NCBI GenBank assembly: GCA_963843845.1
Contig: CAWJMB010000002.1
Coordinates: 320,001-384,000 of the forward strand
Direction of reading: 5' to 3'
Source of the DNA: an uncultured Gemmatimonadaceae bacterium
GTDB lineage: Bacteria; Gemmatimonadota; Gemmatimonadetes; Gemmatimonadales; Gemmatimonadaceae
DNA: 64,000 bases
The position numbers were made by a program, and so were the translations under genes. The notes beneath the pieces were generated by a model. It made no database searches and was not told the DNA's origin. It saw only the letters and a list, made by a program, of their open reading frames with translations. Below, piece after piece: positions 38,713 to 47,968 of the stretch (position 1 is its first letter; every line of letters begins with the position of its first letter).

Positions 38713-41180
38713 CGCGCACTCGGCTCGTCGGCGTACGACTCGTCGGCGTCGTCGACGAACGGCAGCACGAGCCGCGCGACCGTGGCGGTCCCGCCGTGCG
38801 GCGACTCGAAGGTGAGGTCGGCGTCGCCTCCGTAGAGTTCGGCGAGCCGGGCGCGTGCGTTCGTCACGCCGGGGTCGTCGTCCGACGTCGCTCGGAGATC
38901 GAGCGTCGTGCGCGACGACGCACCGGTGCCGTTCCGGTCGCCGTCCGCCAGCTCGACGGCGACCTCGAGTCGCGTGCCCGACCGCCGCGCGACGACGCGT
39001 ATGCGCGCCGAGGTGCCGGCCGCGTGGCGAAGGGCGCCGGCGAGGAGCGGCTGAAGGATCAGGTGCGGCACGCGTGCGCCGAGCGTCGTCGGCGCGACGT
39101 CCCACTCGATTGCAGGGTGAGCGGCGGCCGGTGTGCGCGTCACCTCGAGGAACGGCTCCAGCCCCGCCATCTCTTCCTCGAGCGTCACTTCCTGCACACG
39201 GGTGCGGAGGAGCGCGTCGCGCACCATCGTGCCGAGGTGAGCGAGAACGCGGACGGCGCCGTCAGGGTCGGTGGAGACGAGCGACGCCGCGGTGCGGACC
39301 GTGCTGCCCAGGAGCTGGGGGTTCAGCTCGGTCTTGAGCGCGTGCAACTCCGCCTCCGCGCGCCGTCGCGCGGCCCCGGCGAGTCGGTCGCGCAGCAGCA
39401 GCCGGGCGGCCTCGGTGCGCCCGTAGCGCCGCGCGTACTCGACCGCGTGGGCCGCCGCGGTGAGCAGCGCGTAGAAGCTCATCGTCGCCACGCCGGCGGC
39501 GAGTCGCCGCTCGACGAGCGCGTCTGGCAGTGGATAGCCGAACGCCCACGAGACGAGCAGCTTGCTGACGACGACGACGCCCGCGAGCGCGACGGCGGCG
39601 GCGATGTGATACAGCAGGTGGCGCGCGGCGTGTCGCCCCGCGAGCGGCGCGCGGCGGGTGAGCCGGATCGCCGTGAGCAGGATCGTCGTCCAGAGCACCG
39701 CCATCACCAGCCCTTCGATCGCGGCCGACGGAAGCGACGTCGTCCGGCCGTCTTCGAGCGGGAGCTCGTACGAGGTGCGCGTCCAGAGCAGCCACACGCC
39801 CGAGAACCAGAGCGGCAGCGCGAACCGCGCGACCCGACCGCGTCGCGGGGCGGCCGTGCGCCGACTCGCGATGGTGCCGCCTGGGCGCCGCGCCGCGTCG
39901 TCGACGACATCGTCGACGTCGTGATCGGTTCCGAGCGGTGCGTCGGCCACGCCGGTGGCGCTGCCCGCTGGCGTCGCGTCGGCGGCGGGACCGTCGGAGC
40001 CCGGCGCGTCGTTCCACGGAAGGAGGACGCGCGCCACTGTTCCGCCACCTTCCGCTTGGGCGAGCGTCAACGTGGCGGCGGCGCCGTACAGCTCGGCGAG
40101 GCGCGCCCGGCCGTTCGCCAGCCCGACGCCCATCCCGACGCCGCGTGCAGCGCGTCGATCGCCAGTCGGCGCGAGGCCGATCCCGTCGTCGGTGACCGTC
40201 AGCTCGAGGTGGTCGCGTAGGAGGGTCGCGTCGCCCCCGGCCGTCACCCGCCGCGCCGCCACGACGATCCGCCCTCGCTCCCCACCGCGCGGGGCGAGTC
40301 CGTGGCGGACCGCGTTCTCGACGAGCGGTTGCAGGAGGAGGTGCGGCACGCGCGCGGCCCGCACATCCGGCGCGACGTCCCAGACGACGTCCAGCGCGCC
40401 GCCGAGTCGCGCCTGCTCGATCGACAGAAAGGGCTCGAGCTGGGTCAGCTCCTCGTCGAGCGTCACCTGCTGCGTGTGGGCGTGCTCGACCGCCGAGCGG
40501 AGCAGGGCATCGAGCTGCGCGAGCAGACGAACGGCACCGTCCGGATCCGTGCGCGTCAGTGTCGCGACGACGTGCAGCGCATTCCCGAGAAAGTGCGGGT
40601 TGAGCTCGGCCTTCAACACCCGAAGCTCCGCCTCGGCGCGTCGCTTCGCTGCCTCGTTCAGCTCGGCGCGGAGTCGCAGCTCTGCGGCCTCGGTGTGGCG
40701 ATACCGTCGGAGGTACTCCACGGCGTGCGCGCCGCCGGCGAGCAGTGCGTACACGCTCGCGTTGAGCGCGACGGCGATCGGCAGGCTGAAGCTGGCGGCG
40801 GCCGGCGACCATGGCGCCACGAGGCGCTCGATGATCGACAGCGTGAGCCCGAACGCGACCGCCGCCCCTCCATGCACCGCGAGCGTGCGCCCCCCGAACG
40901 CCGCGTCGAGCGGGAAGCGCCGAGCCAGCCGGACCGCGACGACGAGCATGAGCGTGTAGGCCACCGCCAGCGGCAGCGCGCCGAGCGCCGCACGTCGGTC
41001 GTCTGCAGCCAGATCGCTCGGGTCGTGCGCCGAGGCGACGGGGATGAGCAGCATCAGCCCGAACCACGCCACGAGACCGACACGACCCCAGACACGCGAT
41101 CGCCTCGACAGTCGCGCGCCACCGCCTGCCCAGGCGTCCGTCACCGGTAACGGGACGATAGCGGACTGAAGAAGAGACAC
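38709..41180 (-). CDS. LytS-type histidine kinase with tandem-duplicated membrane + kinase modules
   Basis: Module 1: ELNPHFLGNAL, QPLVENAVRHG, DDGIG, GVGLAN. Module 2: ELNPQLLGS, QPLLAGALRH. Start approximate. Confidence 0.85.
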   Translation of the reverse strand: MSLLQSAIVPLPVTDAWAGGGARLSRRSRVWGRVGLVAWFGLMLLIPVASAHDPSDLAADDRRAALGALPLAVAYTLMLVVAVRLARRFPLDAAFGGRTLAVHGGAAVAFGLTLSIIERLVAPWSPAAASFSLPIAVALNASVYALLAGGAHAVEYLRRYRHTEAAELRLRAELNEAAKRRAEAELRVLKAELNPHFLGNALHVVATLTRTDPDGAVRLLAQLDALLRSAVEHAHTQQVTLDEELTQLEPFLSIEQARLGGALDVVWDVAPDVRAARVPHLLLQPLVENAVRHGLAPRGGERGRIVVAARRVTAGGDATLLRDHLELTVTDDGIGLAPTGDRRAARGVGMGVGLANGRARLAELYGAAATLTLAQAEGGGTVARVLLPWNDAPGSDGPAADATPAGSATGVADAPLGTDHDVDDVVDDAARRPGGTIASRRTAAPRRGRVARFALPLWFSGVWLLWTRTSYELPLEDGRTTSLPSAAIEGLVMAVLWTTILLTAIRLTRRAPLAGRHAARHLLYHIAAAVALAGVVVVSKLLVSWAFGYPLPDALVERRLAAGVATMSFYALLTAAAHAVEYARRYGRTEAARLLLRDRLAGAARRRAEAELHALKTELNPQLLGSTVRTAASLVSTDPDGAVRVLAHLGTMVRDALLRTRVQEVTLEEEMAGLEPFLEVTRTPAAAHPAIEWDVAPTTLGARVPHLILQPLLAGALRHAAGTSARIRVVARRSGTRLEVAVELADGDRNGTGASSRTTLDLRATSDDDPGVTNARARLAELYGGDADLTFESPHGGTATVARLVLPFVDDADESYADEPSAR

Positions 41181-41265
41181 AGCTGCAATTATGCGTGCCA
41201 CCTCAGGGACCGCCAGCGTCGCGCGCTTTCGACGGTGGCGCCGTGAGCGACGGGCTACGGGTCGG

Positions 41266-43752
41266 TCACCGTTCGACGACGATGCGGACGACGCTCGTAT
41301 CCTGTCGACTGGACGTCGCGCGGATGACGTGACGTCCAGGCCGGAGTGTCCACCGCTCCGACGCGTACGGCGCTCCGTCGACCGTCCACCGCACCCGCTC
41401 GGCGCCGGGGCCGACGGCGCGGAGGCGGATCGTGGCGAACGACGCGTCGGTGCCGGGAGAGACCGCGTAGCGATCGCCGTCGAGCGGCGAGACGATGCGG
41501 AAGCGAGTGGCGCGCGCGGAGAGCGCTGCACCGTTCGGCGGCGTTCCGTTCGGCGGCGTTCCGTTCGGCGGGGCCTCGCCACTCTCTGCGGCGCGCGGCG
41601 CGTCCACGGTGCCGACGAGCTGCGGCGCGAGCCCACCGGTCGCGCCGTCGTCCGTCGCCGCGAACCGAGCGCCCGGGCGTGCCCACTCCGCGTACTCGTC
41701 CGGCAGGCGCACCTGGCCGGCGACCTCCCAGTCGTCGGTGCGCGTCGGCTCGGTGCCGCGGGCGAACCATTCGTCGAGCGACGCGCACCCGGGCGTCGCG
41801 CGGAGGCCGGAGAGGCGACAGACCGGGACGCGCACCGCGCCGAGCTCGCCCGGGCTCGGCAGCACGCCGGCGCCGAGTCGGGCGGCGACGGCCATGACCG
41901 CGCGGTGAAGCAGCGGCCCGGCGCCGGTGATGCCGCTGACCCCTTCCATCGGCCGCCCGGTGAAGTTCCCGGCCCACACGGCGACGGTGAAGCGCCCCGT
42001 CACCCCGACCGCCCAGTTGTCGGTGAAGTGGCGGCTCGTGCCGGTCTTCACGGCGACGGGAAACGGAAACTCGAACGGCGTGCTCGCCCCGAACCCTGGA
42101 ATGCGCGCCGACGGATCGCTCAGCACGTCGAGTACGAGCGCGCTCGCCATCGGCGACGCGACGCGGCGTACCTCCCCGGTCGCGCTGCCGACCGCGCGCC
42201 ACGTCCACGGCCGCCACGCTCCGCCGTTCGCGAGGGCGCGGTAGCCGTTCGCCAGCTCGAGCAGCGTCACGTCGCCGTTGCCCAACGCGAGTCCGAGCCC
42301 GTAGTGCTCCGCGCTTCGCGACAGTGACGCGAAACCGGCGGCGTGGAGCGCGCGGAGCAGCGTGGGCGCGCCGCCGACGCGGTCGGCCAGCTCGACGGCC
42401 GGGACGTTGTAGGAGCTGGCGAGCGCCTCGCGCGCACGCACGGGACCGCGGAAGCGACGGTCGTAGTTGCGCGGCCGGTAGGCGCCGGCCGGCGTCGCGT
42501 AGCGCTTCGGCACGTCGGGGAGCACCGACGCGGCCGTGTAGCCGCGATCGAACGCGAGCGCGTACAGAAACGGCTTGAGCGCCGAGCCAGGCTGTCGCGG
42601 CGAGACGACCATGTCGGTCTGCCCGCCGCTCGTCGCCCAGAAATCGGGCGAGCCGACCCACGCGAGCACTTCGCCGGTCGCGTTGTCGAGCACGACCGCC
42701 GCCGCCTGCTCGACGCCGCGGCCGCGGAGCACGTCGACGGTGTGGCGAACCTCCGCCTCGAGCGTTCGCTGCAGCGGCAGGTCGAGCGACGTGCGGATGC
42801 GCGTGACGGCGGGCGCACCCCCCGGCGCCGAGTGTCCGGCCGAGTCGGCGAACGACGCCGACGTCGTCCACGCGACGACGCGCGCCGCGAAGTGCGGCGC
42901 GAGGAACGGCGACGTGCCGATGACGCCGACGAGCGGCTCCCCTGCTGCCCGCGCGGCCTCGGCGCGCGTGACGTAGCCGCGCGACTGCATGCGGCGCAAC
43001 GCGAGCGCGCGTCGCGCCGTCGCCCGCGCGGGCGACGCGGCCGGGTTGTCGCGCGACGGCGCGTGCGCGATGCCGGCGAGCAGCGCCGCCTCGCCGACGC
43101 TCAGCTCCGACGGCGCGGCGCCGAAGTAGAGCGCGCTCGCCGCCGCGACGCCGACGGTCGCCTGCCCCAGCTCGACGCGGTTCAGGTACTGCGCGAGGAT
43201 CTGCTGCTTCGTGAGGTGCCGTTCGAGCCGCAGCGCCCACGCCGCCTGCACGAGCTTTCCCGGCCACGAGCGCGGGATGCCGTGGGGCGGCGTGCCGCGT
43301 GTCTGCGTGCGGCGCACGAGCCGCGCGAGCTGCATCGAGATCGTCGACGCGCCGGAGACGACGCGGCGCGCGCGCAGGTTGCTCCACGCCGCCCTGCCGA
43401 GCGCCGCCGGGTCGACGCCAGCGTGCTGCCAGTAGGTGCGGTCCTCGACGGCGACGAACGCGTTGATGAGGTCGGGGTCGATCGCGTCGTACGCCACCCA
43501 GCGCGCGCGGCTCCCGTCGGCGGCGCGCGTGTTCCGGAGCGGCAGTCCGTGGCGGTCCTCGATGACGAGCCCGTCGACCCGTGGCGCGTCGAGCAGCGAC
43601 GGCGGCAGGGGCCACAGAACCCACGCCACCGCGGCGACGATCGGCGCGATGACGAGCGACAGTGCGGTCGCCCGCCGCCACGAACGCCCCGACCCGATGC
43701 GCACGCGCCTCGTTCCCGCTTCCGTCTCGTCGTCCCGGTCCGCCGACCTCAC
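41266..43752 (-). CDS. pbpC: Penicillin-binding protein 1C
   Basis: EDRTYWQHAGVD, SGASTISMQLARL, QPGSALKPF, SYN, KTGTS, C-terminal BiPBP-like domain. Confidence 0.9.
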   Translation of the reverse strand: MRSADRDDETEAGTRRVRIGSGRSWRRATALSLVIAPIVAAVAWVLWPLPPSLLDAPRVDGLVIEDRHGLPLRNTRAADGSRARWVAYDAIDPDLINAFVAVEDRTYWQHAGVDPAALGRAAWSNLRARRVVSGASTISMQLARLVRRTQTRGTPPHGIPRSWPGKLVQAAWALRLERHLTKQQILAQYLNRVELGQATVGVAAASALYFGAAPSELSVGEAALLAGIAHAPSRDNPAASPARATARRALALRRMQSRGYVTRAEAARAAGEPLVGVIGTSPFLAPHFAARVVAWTTSASFADSAGHSAPGGAPAVTRIRTSLDLPLQRTLEAEVRHTVDVLRGRGVEQAAAVVLDNATGEVLAWVGSPDFWATSGGQTDMVVSPRQPGSALKPFLYALAFDRGYTAASVLPDVPKRYATPAGAYRPRNYDRRFRGPVRAREALASSYNVPAVELADRVGGAPTLLRALHAAGFASLSRSAEHYGLGLALGNGDVTLLELANGYRALANGGAWRPWTWRAVGSATGEVRRVASPMASALVLDVLSDPSARIPGFGASTPFEFPFPVAVKTGTSRHFTDNWAVGVTGRFTVAVWAGNFTGRPMEGVSGITGAGPLLHRAVMAVAARLGAGVLPSPGELGAVRVPVCRLSGLRATPGCASLDEWFARGTEPTRTDDWEVAGQVRLPDEYAEWARPGARFAATDDGATGGLAPQLVGTVDAPRAAESGEAPPNGTPPNGTPPNGAALSARATRFRIVSPLDGDRYAVSPGTDASFATIRLRAVGPGAERVRWTVDGAPYASERWTLRPGRHVIRATSSRQDTSVVRIVVER

Positions 43753-44243
43753 CAGCCGAGCGTTCCCGGCTCGCCTTTGAACGGTCCCACGACGCGGCTC
43801 GTGATCCAGCCGCCGTAGAAGCGACCGGGCTGCGCGCGCACCGCCTCGCCGTCGACCGTACAGTGATCCATCTGGCCCGGATAGAACGCGACGTGGTCGC
43901 GGATCGCGGCGAACGCCGGGGTCGGGTCCGGGTACGCCCATGCAGACCGGGACCGCACCTCGTTCCCCACGACGACGTCGTAGTAGCGCGCCCCCCCTTT
44001 CCACTCGCACACGCTCGTTCCGCGAGCGACGCGCAGGCAGGCGGCGTCGACATCCTCGGGCGGGAGGTAGTACACGGGCGGATGGAACGTCTCGAGCACG
44101 CGCCACGCCGCGGACGTCTCGGCGACCACTCGGCCGCCGACGACCACGCGGAGGTGGCTCGAGGTCCGCTCGAGCCGCGGCGGGCGCGGGTAATCCCACA
44201 CGGACTCCTGGCCGGGACCGGGGGGGACGCGATGTGGCGTCAC
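43749..44243 (-). CDS. DUF427 family protein
   Basis: ESVWDYPRPP, VLETFHPPVYY, CEWKG, FYGGWIT. 4-nt overlaps with both neighbours. Confidence 0.9.
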   Translation of the reverse strand: MTPHRVPPGPGQESVWDYPRPPRLERTSSHLRVVVGGRVVAETSAAWRVLETFHPPVYYLPPEDVDAACLRVARGTSVCEWKGGARYYDVVVGNEVRSRSAWAYPDPTPAFAAIRDHVAFYPGQMDHCTVDGEAVRAQPGRFYGGWITSRVVGPFKGEPGTLGW

Positions 44244-46999
44244 CGCTGTCTCCGGCGGCCCGCCGACGGTCGACTCGCGACGGCGCGCAGCGCCGCGGCC
44301 GTATTCCGGGCGCGCATCACACCCCGCCACAGGTCGCCTCGCTCGGCGATCCGCGCCGGCATCGTCGAGATCGTGAACGCGGCGGGGTCGAGTGTCTCGG
44401 TGAGCTCGTCCCACGCGAGGGGCGCGGAGACCGTCGCACCCGGCCGCGCGCGCACGGCATAGGCCGCGGCGACCGTCTTCCCGACCACGTTCTGCAGGTA
44501 ATCGACGTAGACCGAATCCGGGCGGCGCTGCCGGACGGCGCGCTCCACCGTGGCTTCGCGTGGGTGCGCGGCGGCGACGCGCGTCGCGACGAGTTGCGCG
44601 AGCACGAGCGCGGCCTCCGCCTGCGTGCGGGGCGGGAGGGGCAGGACGATGTGCAGCCCGCTCGCCCCCGACGTCTTGAGGCCGGCGCGTAGGCCGAGCC
44701 CGTCGAGCTCCGCCTTGACCCAGCGCGCGACGTCGACGACGCGCGCGAACGACGCCTTCGGTCCCGGGTCGAGATCGATGATCGTGTAGTCGGGGGTGTC
44801 GAGCGCGCCGACGCGCGAGTGCCACGGATCGACGCTGACGGCGCCGAGCTGCACGCCGTAGAGCAGCGTCGCCAGCGTGCCGCCGACGAGGTAGGGCACT
44901 GTCGAGCCGTCGCCGTCCGCATCGATCGGCGCCGTCCGCACGCCGCGAGGCGCATCGACGACGCGATGCTGGTAGAACGCCTTCCCCTCGATGCCGTTCG
45001 GGTATCGCCGGAGCACGAGCGGCCGGTCGTCGATCACCGGCAGCAGCGCCGGCGCCACCTCGGCGTAGTAGCGCATGACGTCGCCCTTCGTACAGCCGAC
45101 GTCCGGGAAGAACGTCTTGCCGAGGTTGGAGACGTCGAGCGTCGTTCGCGCGTCGAGCCGCACGGTGCCGTTCCCATCCCCCGCTTCGATCCGCGCGAGC
45201 TGCTGGCCGACCGACGCCCGGGCCGACGCCCGGGCCGACGCCCGGGCCGACGCCCGTGCCGACGCCCGGGCCGACCGCCGAACCGGAGCGACCGGCGCGT
45301 CCTGCACGCTCTCCGCCTCGCGCGTCACACGACGCGCCGGCTTGTCGTCGCGCACGCCGAGGAAGATCGGCTGGCGCAGGCGGCCGTCGTCGGTCCACTC
45401 GGTGAACTTCACCTCGACGACGACGTCGGGGTGTACCCAGTGCGGCGCCTCGTTCGTGCGAAAGGCGTCGGCGAATGGCGACGTCGCGCGCCGCAACGGC
45501 GCGAGGCGACGCGCCATGTCGGCGAGCCCCGCCCGCGTGAAGCCGCCGCCGGTGTGCCCGGCGTAGACGAAGCGCCCGCGCGCGTCGTAGTAGCCGAGGA
45601 GCAGCGCGCCGATGTGCTGGCGCGTGTTGCGCGGCTCCGTGTAGCCGCCGACGACGAGCTCCTGGCGGTGCTCGATCTTGAGCTTCAGCCAGTGCTTCAC
45701 GCGTTCGCCCGGCGCGTACGGCGCGTCGGTCCGCTTCGCGATGACGCCTTCCCACCGCGCGTCGCGAGCGCGGCGCAGCATCGCCTCGCCGTCGCCGGCG
45801 ACCGATTCGCCGAGCCGGATCGTCGCCCCGGCCGTGCGGCCGGTGGTGCCGAACGCCTTGACGAGGCGCGCACGCCGCGCGGTCCACGGCTCGCCGATCA
45901 GCACGTCGTCGCCGTCGACGAGGAGGTCGAAGGCGACGAGGGCGGCCGGCGCCGATCGCGCGTGCTCGCCGACCGCGTCGGCGTCGTCGACGTGCATGCG
46001 CCCCTGCAGCGACTGGAAGCGCGCCGGAGCGCCGCCGCCCGCGGCGCCGTCGAGTCCGACGAGCTCTCCGTCGAGCACGAGTGAACGTCGCCGCCGCCGC
46101 GCGAACGCGCGCAGCGACTCGGTGACCTCGGGGAATTGCGCCGCCTTGTCGTTGCCGTTGCGCGTGACGAGGCGCGCACCGTCCGCCGTCGCGAAGGCGA
46201 GAACGCGGATGCCGTCGTACTTCGGCTCGAACGTCCAGCCGTCGCCGCTCGGGATCTCGCGGCCGACGCTCGCGTACATCGGCTCGAACGCCGGCACCGC
46301 AGGCGACTTCGCCGCGCGAGACGTCGCGGAACGCCGCTTCACCGAGCGACTCTGCGCGACCGCATCAGGCTGCTGTCCGCCAGCGATCTGCTCCATCGTC
46401 CGCCCCGTCGCGACCGAGGTCGTCTCGTCGGCGACGACGTCGCGCGACGCGTCGGCGTCCGCGTCGCGCCGCTTGATGAGCAGCCACTGCGGCTTCGCCG
46501 ACGCGCCCGACGCCGGCCGCGTGCGCACGAGCGACCACGCGCCGCGCAGTCGCTCGCCGTGCAGGACGATGTCGAGCCGCCCGGTCTCGTGGCCGCGTCG
46601 CAGCGCCTCCTCGCCCCCGCCGTCGGCCGCCTCGTAGGTGCCGCGGTCCCAGAGCATGACGGTGCCGCCGCCGTACTGCCCGGCGGGGATCGTTCCCTCG
46701 AACGTGTTGTAGCTGACGGGGTGGTCCTCGACCTCCATCGCGAGCCGCCGCACCGCCGGGTCGACGCTCGGTCCCTTCGGCACCGCCCAGCTCTTCATCA
46801 CGCCGCCGAGCTCGAGCCGGACATCGAAATGGAGGTGGCTCGCCGCGTGCTTCTGGATCACGAACCGCAGCGCCGTCGCTCGCGGGCGCGACCGATCCGC
46901 CGAACGACCGTCGCCATCCGGCTCGGCGGTCTTCGTGAAGTCGCGCTTCCGCCGGTACTCGGCGAGCGAGACGCGGGGCGTACGTGGGGCGTCAGGCAC
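44240..46999 (-). CDS. ligD: Multifunctional NHEJ DNA ligase D (phosphoesterase-ligase-polymerase)
   Basis: YRRKRDF, FVIQKHAASHLHFD, EPKYDGIR, WLKLK, SNLGKTFFP, DLDPG, KTSGASGLH. Start approximate. Confidence 0.92.
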   Translation of the reverse strand: MPDAPRTPRVSLAEYRRKRDFTKTAEPDGDGRSADRSRPRATALRFVIQKHAASHLHFDVRLELGGVMKSWAVPKGPSVDPAVRRLAMEVEDHPVSYNTFEGTIPAGQYGGGTVMLWDRGTYEAADGGGEEALRRGHETGRLDIVLHGERLRGAWSLVRTRPASGASAKPQWLLIKRRDADADASRDVVADETTSVATGRTMEQIAGGQQPDAVAQSRSVKRRSATSRAAKSPAVPAFEPMYASVGREIPSGDGWTFEPKYDGIRVLAFATADGARLVTRNGNDKAAQFPEVTESLRAFARRRRRSLVLDGELVGLDGAAGGGAPARFQSLQGRMHVDDADAVGEHARSAPAALVAFDLLVDGDDVLIGEPWTARRARLVKAFGTTGRTAGATIRLGESVAGDGEAMLRRARDARWEGVIAKRTDAPYAPGERVKHWLKLKIEHRQELVVGGYTEPRNTRQHIGALLLGYYDARGRFVYAGHTGGGFTRAGLADMARRLAPLRRATSPFADAFRTNEAPHWVHPDVVVEVKFTEWTDDGRLRQPIFLGVRDDKPARRVTREAESVQDAPVAPVRRSARASARASARASARASARASVGQQLARIEAGDGNGTVRLDARTTLDVSNLGKTFFPDVGCTKGDVMRYYAEVAPALLPVIDDRPLVLRRYPNGIEGKAFYQHRVVDAPRGVRTAPIDADGDGSTVPYLVGGTLATLLYGVQLGAVSVDPWHSRVGALDTPDYTIIDLDPGPKASFARVVDVARWVKAELDGLGLRAGLKTSGASGLHIVLPLPPRTQAEAALVLAQLVATRVAAAHPREATVERAVRQRRPDSVYVDYLQNVVGKTVAAAYAVRARPGATVSAPLAWDELTETLDPAAFTISTMPARIAERGDLWRGVMRARNTAAALRAVASRPSAGRRRQR

Positions 47000-47016
47000 G
47001 TGCGTCGGCGCCGTCG

Positions 47017-47886
47017 TCAGGCACTCTTGCGGCGCGCCGCCTTGGCGGGTCGTGCCGGGGTCTTCGCCGCGCGCCCTGACTTCGCCGGCTTGACCGCCTT
47101 CCGTGCGCCGCTCCCTTTCGGGGCCTTCGCGAGACTCGCCTGCAACCGGGCCATGAGGTCGAGCACCTTGCCGTCGTCCGCCGTCCGCTCGGACGCTTTC
47201 GATGCGACCTTCTTCCCCTTCAGCTTCGCGTCGATGACGCGCATCAGCCGCGCGCGATAGTCGTCCTTGTACTTCTCCGGCTCGAACGGCTCGGCGAGGT
47301 TCTGGACGAGCTGCTCGGCCATCGTCAGCTCCTGCGCACGCACGAGCGAGGCGTTCGGGAACGTGTAGGTGTCGACGTCGACGAGCTCGGTCGCGAAGCG
47401 CATGAGCTCGAGCACGAGCGCCTCGCCGACCGCCTTGATCCCGGCGAGATGCTGCGTCTGGCGCATCGTCACCTTCCCGATCCCTACCACGCCGGCCGAT
47501 CGGATGGCCTCGCGGAGCAGCGCGTACGCTTTCTCCCCGCCCTTCGTCGGCAGCAGGAAGTACGGTGTCTCGAAGAAGCGCGCGTCGATCTCCCCTTCGC
47601 CGACGAAAGCGCAGATGTCGATCGCCTTCGACGACTCCAGCGCGGCGCTCTTGAAGTCGTCGTCGGTCACGACGACGAACTTCCCCTTCTCGTACTCGTA
47701 TCCCTTCACGACGTCCTTCCACGCGAGCGCCTCGCCGTTGCGGTCGACGCGCTCCGTCCGGATCGGCGACAGATCCGCCTTGTTCAGCATCCGGAAGCTC
47801 ACATGCTCGGTGCGAACGGCGGGCTGCAGCTCGACCGGAATGTTCACGAGTCCGAAGGTCAGGGCGCCTTTCCAGATCGTGGCCAT
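47017..47886 (-). CDS. ku: NHEJ protein Ku
   Basis: IWKGALTFGLVNIPV, VKGYEYEKG, AYALLREA, DLMARLQASL, basic tail. Confidence 0.95.
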   Translation of the reverse strand: MATIWKGALTFGLVNIPVELQPAVRTEHVSFRMLNKADLSPIRTERVDRNGEALAWKDVVKGYEYEKGKFVVVTDDDFKSAALESSKAIDICAFVGEGEIDARFFETPYFLLPTKGGEKAYALLREAIRSAGVVGIGKVTMRQTQHLAGIKAVGEALVLELMRFATELVDVDTYTFPNASLVRAQELTMAEQLVQNLAEPFEPEKYKDDYRARLMRVIDAKLKGKKVASKASERTADDGKVLDLMARLQASLAKAPKGSGARKAVKPAKSGRAAKTPARPAKAARRKSA

Positions 47887-47968
47887 GTCGGGGGAGCTGA
47901 GGTGAGGGGGGATGCGGCTGTGCTCGTGAAAGAGAGCAAGCGCCGGGCCGGGCCGGGTCCCGGCTGCG

